Made by a program: the position numbers and the translations under genes
The notes under the pieces: generated by a model
Seen by the model: only the letters and a program-made list of their open reading frames with translations
Database searches by the model: none
Told to the model about the DNA's origin: nothing
Source: Eledone cirrhosa
Taxonomy: Eukaryota
NCBI GenBank assembly: GCA_964016885.1
Contig: OZ024742.1
Location: 96,286,001-96,350,000 of the forward strand
Reading direction: 5' to 3'
Length of the DNA stretch: 64,000 nt
Shown here: positions 55,620 through 64,000 of the stretch, in pieces
How positions within the stretch are numbered: position 1 is the first letter of the stretch
Layout of the letters: each line of letters starts with the position of its first letter

Positions 55620-57869
55620 CAGTGGCGTAGCTAGGATACACGGCGCCCAAGGCAAGCAGCAAAATTGCCCCCCCCCCCCCATCACAAAGTCAAGATCCAC
55701 AAAGACGAAATTGCGGTAGGATTTATAAAAAAAAAAAAAAAAAAAATGGTTACAACTTGATTTTCCGGGCTTTTAATGAGGCAAACTGGTTGATAATTTC
55801 CTCGAAATCAGTTCGTTCAAATTCTTCGATTTCTACACTCAAAAGGGCGAGGTCAGTCAGCCGTTGTTGGTGCATTGTGGTTCGCAAATACGATTGTATT
55901 AGCTTCAGCCTGCTGAACGACCTCTCGTAACTGGCAATTGAAATAGAAATCGTCAACATTATTTGAATACTGATTCGCAAATTGGGAAAAACACATTCAT
56001 CGCCGTAATGTATGATGAATTGGAGAAGTGCCTCCGGCTTTAAAATTGGGTCAGCTGTCCTAGTAGCCAGCAAAGATCGGCAGTCCACGATTTCCTCATA
56101 CAATTGCTCTCCGTCGATATCGGAGTTGTATAGTTCCGCAAGACTGTTGCACCTTTGCTTAAGGACAAGGTTATCAGGAGCAGCCAAATAAAACAGATAG
56201 TTGACATCAAGAAGAAAGCCAAAACTTGAGTCGGTTTCCTTAAGTCGAATAAACCGTTCTTCCATTTCTGTTTGAAGACGATTGAATGGACTTTGCATTT
56301 CTCTCTCTATCTTTTTTCTGGCAGCCACCTCGACGTCCTCAGTAATTTCGGTATTGGTTTGTCGTCTTCCTCACCTCCTCGGAAAATCGACATTCCATTT
56401 CTGGCAGAGGTCGAAAACCATTTCAAGAGACTCGTGGATTAAGGATGTTCCTTCTTCTTTAAAATAAAATTGAAGGGCTCCTATATCAGCTGCAGCATCG
56501 TGAAAATTCATTCTTGGATCTTGAAGTCTCTTTTGAACCCGGTCAATTCGTGAGAGAATCGTGTTCCAGAATCCAATCAAGTTCAGGAATTCATAACTCA
56601 GTATCCGACTATGGACATTACTGGCATCACTTCTACTCTCGCATGTCTCTGTTTCATCATCACTAATTTTTTCGAGAACTTGAACAATCAGCGTCAAATA
56701 ATTCGCCACCGGTCTGACTGCGGTACATCTAGCACTCCACCGCGTGTCGGAAGGATATTTAACAACCACTGGAGCAACTTCTTTAAGGGCTTCCCATCGT
56801 CGTGTTGAACGAGAAAAAAAGTTGTATAACGAGTCAATGCAACTGAAAAAGTTCATCATATCAGAATCGTTTTGGGCTGCATGAAGACCAGCCAGATTAA
56901 GTGAATGGTTATCGCAATTAACGAAGTGAATCAAATTCTTCTTCTCTCTCATTCTCTGCTGAACCCCACTGCGGTGCCCAGCCATTATGGCAGCATTGTC
57001 GTAGCACTGCGATCCACAGTTCTGCAGTGGTAGGTCATCTTTTTCTAGCTCTTTCACGATTGTTTCAACAAGGCTTGCAGCATCTTTTTTGATTACTTGA
57101 ATGAATCCAAGAAAAGATTCCCTCACAACGACCATCTTCATATTGAAATCAACATCGACATATCGCACAACTTTTGACAGTTGTTCTCGGTGCGTCTGGT
57201 CAGGGGTCGAATCAATCAGCAGACTATAGTACCTTGCTTTTTGGATACGGTTTAGTAAATTCTGACGAACTGTATTATAGAAGAAAATACTGAACCATTT
57301 AAACTGGAGTCAAATTGAATTCCTAATAGAAGCTATCAGATCCTATCTGGCCATTTGGATTATGATACCTTTTCTATACGTCTTATGTACCAGTTGTAAA
57401 AGACAAACTACTCTGTTTTGTAAACGAGCTTCATAATTATAATTATCTTGTATTGGTCATTGTAATGCATTGCTAAAAGTAGCGCCTGCGTGTCCACTAG
57501 TTGCACGTCCAAAACTATGTTCCTTCAGCCAGTGTGTGTGTGTGTGTAGGGGAGGGGGGTCAGGTCAAGTGAGGTATTCGCTGTTTTGCTATGTATAGCT
57601 AAACATAGCGCCCGCATAATTGCAACCCACCCTGCTGTCAGTGTGTGTGTGTGGGGGGGGTGAAGTAAAATCAGACATCTGCTCTGTCTAGTGCACTAGA
57701 CATGGCGTGGAAGTTGGCTATAAAAAAAATCACATGCTTCATTTTTGGCTTATATTTTTAAAAATGATTAAAACGACATGGATGTAAATCGATCTAGGTC
57801 GAAATTGCGCCCCCTAAATATGGCGCCCGTGGCATGTGCCCTGCTTGCCACACCCTAGCTACGCCACTG
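55620..57869 (-). mobile_element. hAT DNA transposon, internally deleted
   Basis: 16-bp TIRs CAGTGGCGTAGCTAGG / CCTAGCTACGCCACTG. Flanked by tatatata on both sides (8-bp TSD, ambiguous inside a TA tract). Confidence 0.93.
55750..57273 (-). pseudogene. hAT transposase (ZMYM1-like type), N-terminus missing, one nonsense codon
   Basis: YYSLLIDSTPD, SQCYDNA, CDNHSLNL, DTRWSAR and the dimerisation motif ERSFSRLKLIQSYLRTTM. Both ORFs are in one frame, separated by TGA at 56371-56373. Confidence 0.9.
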
Positions 57870-58237
57870 TATATATATATATATGCATGCTGGAGATTGA
57901 AAAGTAATTCGCGAAAATAATTAACACCAATACGAACAACAATAATAATAATAACGAAAATAGTAATATAAACAATAACTTTGACTATAGAAATAACAGC
58001 TATAATAATAATAGTCATAACAATAACAATAGCAGAAGAGATGAAAATAATAATAATAATGGAAATTGCAGGAGCAGCAACATTAACGATAGGCAGAACA
58101 ACAACTATAACTACAACAAAAATAAAAACAAGAAACGTAACAATACAGGTAACAACCACAATGGTAGAAATAGCAGTAACAACAACAATAACAATGGAGA
58201 GAATAACAACAATGATACATTTAACAATCATAATAAT

Positions 58238-58415
58238 AATAATTGTTTCTACTTTTTGGCACAAGGCCAAAAATTACCCAGTGCATTACTGGTACTTTAT
58301 TTTATCGACCCCGTAAGGATGAAAGGCAAAGTTAAACTCGGCGGGATTTGAACTCAGACCGTAAAGGGACGTAACTACGCTGGAAAGCATGTCCGACCCT
58401 CTACCGATACTGCCA
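58238..58415 (-). mobile_element. SINE family 1 copy within an (AAT/AAC) tract
   Basis: Full unit flanked by aataataataat on both sides. Confidence 0.92.
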
Positions 58416-58499
58416 ATAATAATAATAATGTTAACAGTAGGAACAACAACAGCCATAATGACAATAATAGTAGCACACACAACTATAACAGTAGATTTA

Positions 58500-61320
58500 A
58501 TGACAACCCCTTAGAGAACCTGTACTTCAACCCAGCTGACAAAACATACAAGATGAACAAAATGTATCCCACTAAATTACCTTTTAATAAAAGAGTTTGT
58601 ATACCACAACAAATAGATGACGAAACAGAGGCACAGTTTACCATAGCTAGAAATAAACTTAGACAGGTAGTAGACCAATATACTAAGAAACAAAGCAGAC
58701 CAGAAATTCAACAACTTGGAAGAAAACCTAGAGAAGGCCTACTTAGTCTCAAGCAGCGCACAAGGGATGGTGAGGCAGTGTGTCTATCCACTGATAAATC
58801 TGGTAAGATGTCAATAGACAGCATGCTGAACTATATCAAGGCTATGCAACCCCACATAATCTACACGAGCAAAACAACGCAACAAACACATGCGGAAAGA
58901 GAAAAGATCCTCAACACTCACATGATGAGGATCTTTTCTCCTAAAGCCAAGTAGGTACACAGCCAACAACTTCCAAGCATCTAACAATGACATACCACCC
59001 TTGTATGGGCTCCGCAAAGACCATAAGCCAACCAACAACCTGACAACAGGACCACCAACAAGACCTGTATGTGGAGCCAATATTGCTAGCAACTACAGGA
59101 TCTCCTACTTCCTCTCTGTAATTATACGCCTCATAATCAAGATGTCCCCAGATATATGTGACAGCACAGAGGCCCTCCTCAGCAGAATCAATGAGGGCAA
59201 CAACAATAAAAACTTAACTAACTGCATAATAGGCAGTATGGACGTGGTATCACTGTACCCATCCATTAACATTGATTTTGCTGTGGGAAAATGTGGGGAA
59301 ATAATCAGTGAGAGCGAAGTGGAGTTCTGCGACATCAACACAGATGAACTGGGCATCCTACATAGACTTACTTACGACACCGAATACCTACATAATCATA
59401 ACCTTAGCTGTTTCTGCCCCAGTAGACCTATAAGAGGTAGACACCCTACCATAACCACAATGGCCAAAAAGACTGCCATGGGAAAATGGAATGTATGGAC
59501 CAAAGCCATACGGACACCCAAACACAATGATTAGGTGAGACAAATGGTCGCACATGCTATAGGGGCTAGTATTAAAACTACCCTAAAGGGCCATATGTTT
59601 AAATTTAATGAAAAGATCTACACCCAGAATGAGGGAGCAGCCATTGGCGCTAACATAGTTGGCAATGTTGCCAATCTATTTATGGTATGGTGGGAGAGAA
59701 GACTCAGAGAACTCATTGAAGAAAACTCCATAGACCGCGTCATCTACTTTCGTTACGTAGAGGATATTAATAAGAACACCCTTACAAAAGAGTACTAATA
59801 AACATGAATTAGAAAATAGCACAATGGAGAGCATCCAGCAGATAGCTAACTCCATACACCAGAGTATAACTATAACAGTTGACTACCCTTCCAAACACCT
59901 TAACAATAGACTACCAGTATTAGACACGGAACTCTGGGTAAGCACTATAGACGAGAGGGCCCAAATTCTCCACTCACACTATGCTAAACCCATGGCCTCC
60001 AAATACCTGATACTCAAAACCTCAGCAATGTCCAATAGTGCTAAGTTTAATATTCTGATCACAGACTTGGTAAGAGTGTTGAAGAATGTGTCCCACATGT
60101 GTGACCCAACAGAAATGGAAAGAGACATCCAACACTTCAACAATCCCATGCAGTTCTCTGGCTACAACCAAAGAGACAGAATCAGAATATACAAAGGAGC
60201 CACGGAGAAATATAAGACCCTCATAGAAATGGACATGAAAGTAATTTGCTCATTATACAGGAGCAACTCATAGAATAGCTTAGATAGGACTAAACATAAG
60301 ATAGGGAAAGCCACCTCATGGTACGACAACCAGAGAAACCAGAGTGTCATGTTTGTGATTGCTACCCCTGGAGGGAAATTAGCTAAGCAATGTAGAAAGG
60401 CCCTAAGAAAGACCCATCTAAAGATTAAAGTGGTAGAAAAGCCAGGAGCTGCTATAAAATCCCTGATCAGCAAGAGAAACCCCTTTAAGAAAACCCACTG
60501 TACAAATAAGAAATGTGTTATATGTAAAATGAACCTGCAGATAAATTGTAAAACTAGGAATGTAGTCTATAGCATAAGATGTACAGAGGGTACTTGCAGA
60601 AACATGACAGCGACATACATAGGTGAGACAGCTCGAAGCATAGGAGAAAGAATAGACCAACACTGGTGGGTGGGGGGGGGGGGGGGGGATTAAAAGGACA
60701 AAAAAAACGGTTCAGTACTAGATGGACACGCCAGACAAAAACATGACGGTAGTATAGACAACATAGAAATTAAAATAATATCTAAGCATAGAAATGACTC
60801 AACAGGAAGGCAAATCAGAAAAGCAACTGAGATAGAACTAAAAAGACTGAAGTTGAACAGAAAGAACGAATGGAATAACAACAACAACAAACACATATAA
60901 ACACACACTAGTGAACAAAGATAGAATACAAAAACAAAAAACACATACACTCAAATGCGAACACACACACCAAACATTGAACACACACGCAAACGCATGT
61001 GCAGAGACAAGGGACAAGAATGAATAAATAAAAAAAATTAAAATGGCGTAGACATTACAATACAATGGAGTTGAAACATAATAGAACCACTGATGATGTT
61101 GCAGATGTGCGACGAAAGAACTTTGATAAACTATATATATATATTTATATCTGTATTTTTAACCGCTGGTCAATCAATGATAAACATTGATTGCCAAATA
61201 AATTAACTATGGAGATATCAAAGATACAGAAGCAAAAACCAACCCAAACCAAACAGTGAGTGTGTTCTGTTATTATTTCTGGCAATATTATAACAATATG
61301 ACCCTCTCCAAGTATAACAA
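58500..61320 (+). mobile_element. Penelope-like retroelement (RT + C-terminal GIY-YIG), decayed
   Basis: TDKSGK, LYGLRKDHK, TRPVC, GSMDVVSLYPSI, QNEGAAIG, RYVEDI (YxDD mutated), LPVLD, a Cys-rich linker and NVVYSIRC...TYIGETARSIGERIDQH. Several stops and frameshifts. Ends against (TA)n. Confidence 0.9.
61085..61128 (+). ncRNA. Minimal type I hammerhead ribozyme in the Penelope 3' region (pseudo-LTR)
   Basis: acca-CTGATGA-t-gttgca-gatg-tgcgac-GAAA-gaac-TT-tgat. Both core boxes and a 6-bp stem II are present. Stem III is minimal and stem I has one mismatch. Confidence 0.7.
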
Positions 61321-61599
61321 TATATATATTTAAATATATGTATATATATTTATATATATATGTATATATATTTATATATATATGTATATATATTTATATA
61401 TATATGCATATATATTTATATATATATATATGTATATATATTTGTATATATATGTATATATGGAGGCTTAGTGGTTAGAGCATTGGCCTTGCACTTCCAA
61501 ACTCCAACCTCATTTACAGTGAGTGCTGGGTGCTTTTTTGCCGTGGCACCTCCTCGACCACTTTGCATTGGAATGATATATGACCTCTGTCCCTATCAT

Positions 61600-61740
61600 C
61601 TCATTTCTACAGCTGAGTAAACTGGAGCAATGTGAAATAAAGTGTCTTGCTCAAGGAAACAACACATCACCCGGTCTGAGAATTGAACTCACAACCTTTC
61701 GATTGCAAGCCCAATGCTCTAACCACTAAGCCATACGCCT
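61600..61740 (-). mobile_element. tRNA-derived SINE family 3
   Basis: Minus strand reads ggcgtatggcttagtggttagagcattgggcttGCAatcgaaaggttgtgagttcaattctca, then ccttgagcaagacactttatttcacattgctccag. No 3' acceptor stem. Confidence 0.8.
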
Positions 61741-61799
61741 TCGTACGTATGTATGTATGTATGTATGTATGTATGTATGTACATACATACATATGCTTT

Positions 61800-62325
61800 T
61801 GGCACGGATCCAGCGACTGGCCCAGCGCATCACTGGTACTCTCTTTTGTTGACTCCGTGGGGATGAAAGGCAAGGTTGACCTCGGCGTGATTTGAGCTCA
61901 GAGCGTGGAGGGCCGTGACTCTGAGCTGTAAAGCAATTATAATAATTGTTTCTACTTTAGGCACAAGGCCAGCAATCACCAGTTCATTACTGGTACTTTA
62001 TTTTATCGACCCCGTAAGGATGAAAGGCAAAGTGAACCTCGGCGGGATTTGAACTCAGATCGTAAAGGGACGTAACTATGCTGGAAAGCATGGCGTCCGA
62101 CCCTCTACCGATACTGCCAATCTACGACCATTATAATAATTGTTTCTACTTTTGGCACAAGGCCAGCAATTACCCAGTGCATTACTGGTACTTTATTTCA
62201 TCGACCCCATGAGGATGAAAGGCAAAGTTAACCTTGGCGGGCTTTTGAACTCAGAATGGCAAGGGACGTAACTCTATGCGTCAAAGCATGGCGTCCGACC
62301 CTCTACCGATACTGCCAATCCACCA
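61800..62325 (-). mobile_element. Tandem array of three SINE family 1 copies
   Basis: Units at ~61800-61935 (diverged), 61940-62130 and 62135-62325, joined by attataataatt. Confidence 0.9.
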
Positions 62326-62417
62326 ATACTGGACTGTAGTACGATCGGCTTCAACTATACAAACTCTTGAAAGTCAACAGTTGACATAATGTTGTATTCT
62401 TGTATCAGTAATGACGG

Positions 62418-62499
<82 letters not shown>

Positions 62500-62626
62500 A
62501 AGTGAGTAGAGTAGCGTGTGTGTGTTTGTTTGTATGTATGAGTGTTGCTGTGTGCGCGCATATGTATGCGCGTGTGTGTATGTCGTACGTATAAGTGTCA
62601 TTAAGTAAATTTTTTTTTTTTTTTTT

Positions 62627-62960
62627 GCGCGGGGACATAGAAATAATCGGGCTGGATGCCCGATCGCGCAGTTAAACCACTGGGAGTGAAGAACCCCTAG
62701 CCCATGTCAGGGCATTCTTCTAGGAGAAGGCATCTCAGGAAACTTGGTTAACTCCGACATAAAACCTGCGGCTCAGTAGTTACCGATGATGTTGATTTTT
62801 TCTTCTTTTCGGGTTATAGCTACTGTCGCTCAGAGAGTGGGATTGGCTCAGTGTACAGTCTTTCCTCACTTTAAAAATATTCGTCACGCACAGGCATTGC
62901 ACGAGTGCATTAATAATTATTAATAGTGTACTATTATTATTATTATTATTATTACTATTA

Positions 62961-62992
<32 letters not shown>

Positions 62993-64000
62993 CCAAATTC
63001 AATGATAAGAGATAATTGGCAATTTAGGTTCTGGAACAAAAAAGATCATTGGCAATAAGGGCAGGAGCCCCAGGTCATCACAGCCTGGGCCCGCTCGTCA
63101 TCGTGCCATTGTAATAGAGCCAAACAAGGCATTTAGTCTTGGCTGCTGGAACGTACGGACGCTGCTTGACAAGGATTCCTTGGGGCGTCCTGAACGAAGG
63201 ACCGCTCTTGTTGCAAAGGAGCTTCGACGTTACGATCTTGACATCGTGGCTTTATCTGAGACGAGGCTAGCTGGAGATGGTCATCTTACGGAATTTTGTG
63301 GAGAATATACATTCTACTGGAAAGGAAGAGATGAAGGAACCAGAAGAGAGGCGGGGGTAGGATTTGCTGTTAAGACTGTGCTTGTGAACAAATTAGAGGA
63401 ATTCCCAGTAGGGATTAGTGAGCGTCTTATGTCCATGAGAGTTCCGCTGGACAAGGGAAGATATGATACCCTGGTGAGTGTGTATGCTCCAACTATGAGT
63501 TCTGTCGATGAGGAAAAGGTGTCCTTTTACCATGCCTTGAAAGGTGTTTTAAGAAATATCCCTCAGGCAGACAAAGTCATCGTGCTTGGTGACTTTAATG
63601 CTAGAGTGGGTAGGGATTTTAACACATGGAATGTAATCGGAAGGCATAGGGTGGGAAAGTGTAACAGCAATCGTATGCTCCTGCTGCAGATGTGTGAGGA
63701 GCTGGATCTGTGTGTTACCAACTCCATGTTCCAACAAAAGAACAAATTCAAGACCACATGGATGCATCCTGCATCTAAGGAATTGCATCTTTTGGACTAC
63801 GTCCTAGTCAGGATGCGTGACAGACAGGATGTGCAGTATGTTCGTGTTCTTCGTGGAGCTGAGTGCTGGACGGACCACCGCCTGGTACGCGCAAAAGTGA
63901 AACTAATCACTAAACGTAAAATCCGGGCTCCTGGTGTTGTCCTGCCCAAAAGATTGAATGCTGCTCGTCTTAAGTATAAAAATGTGAAGAGGACATTGGA
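62627..64000 (+). mobile_element. RTE/BovB-like LINE 5' end (5' UTR + AP endonuclease), continues beyond the window
   Basis: Structured GC-rich leader followed by an open frame with APE motifs. Confidence 0.9.
63009..64000 (+). CDS. AP-endonuclease domain of the RTE ORF (partial; missing from the ORF track because no stop falls inside the window)
   Basis: GCWNVRTL, DIVALSETR, GVGFAV, VSVYAPT, VLGDFNARVG, TWMHP, LDYVLV and TDHRLV. Open from 63009 to the window end. Confidence 0.9.

Noticed and set aside
58553-60693. Selenoprotein-type recoding of the Penelope ORF
   Set aside because: The stops ending the ORF pieces are TAG or TAA, not TGA, and the catalytic YxDD is mutated to YVED.
61665-61740. 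tRNA-Cys gene on the minus strand
   Set aside because: No 3' acceptor-stem strand or terminator. It continues into a SINE body.

Overview
AT-rich, repeat-dense animal genomic DNA. The SINE families resemble those I recall from octopod cephalopods (inference, not a search result). No intact host gene, rRNA, true tRNA gene or CRISPR array is visible. The window is mostly mobile elements: several R4/Dong-clade (RT + restriction-like endonuclease) LINE copies, 3' fragments of a Tx1/L1-like LINE, two RTE-clade LINEs, a decayed Penelope-like element, an internally deleted hAT transposon with TIRs and an 8-bp TSD, a 3.1-kb non-autonomous Helitron, a mariner remnant and many tRNA-derived SINEs, plus (TA)n, (TAA)n and (CCA)n tracts. 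Most ORF-track entries are low-complexity artefacts. Most notable: (i) Dong, Tx1 and a SINE all occupy (TAA)n microsatellites with strand-specific orientation, and the SINE tail resembles the Tx1 3' end; (ii) three degenerate hammerhead-ribozyme motifs; (iii) a ~400-bp non-coding inverted repeat with a highly conserved core; (iv) two phase-compatible candidate host exons 27 kb apart. All coordinates were read by eye and boundaries are approximate unless termini are quoted.
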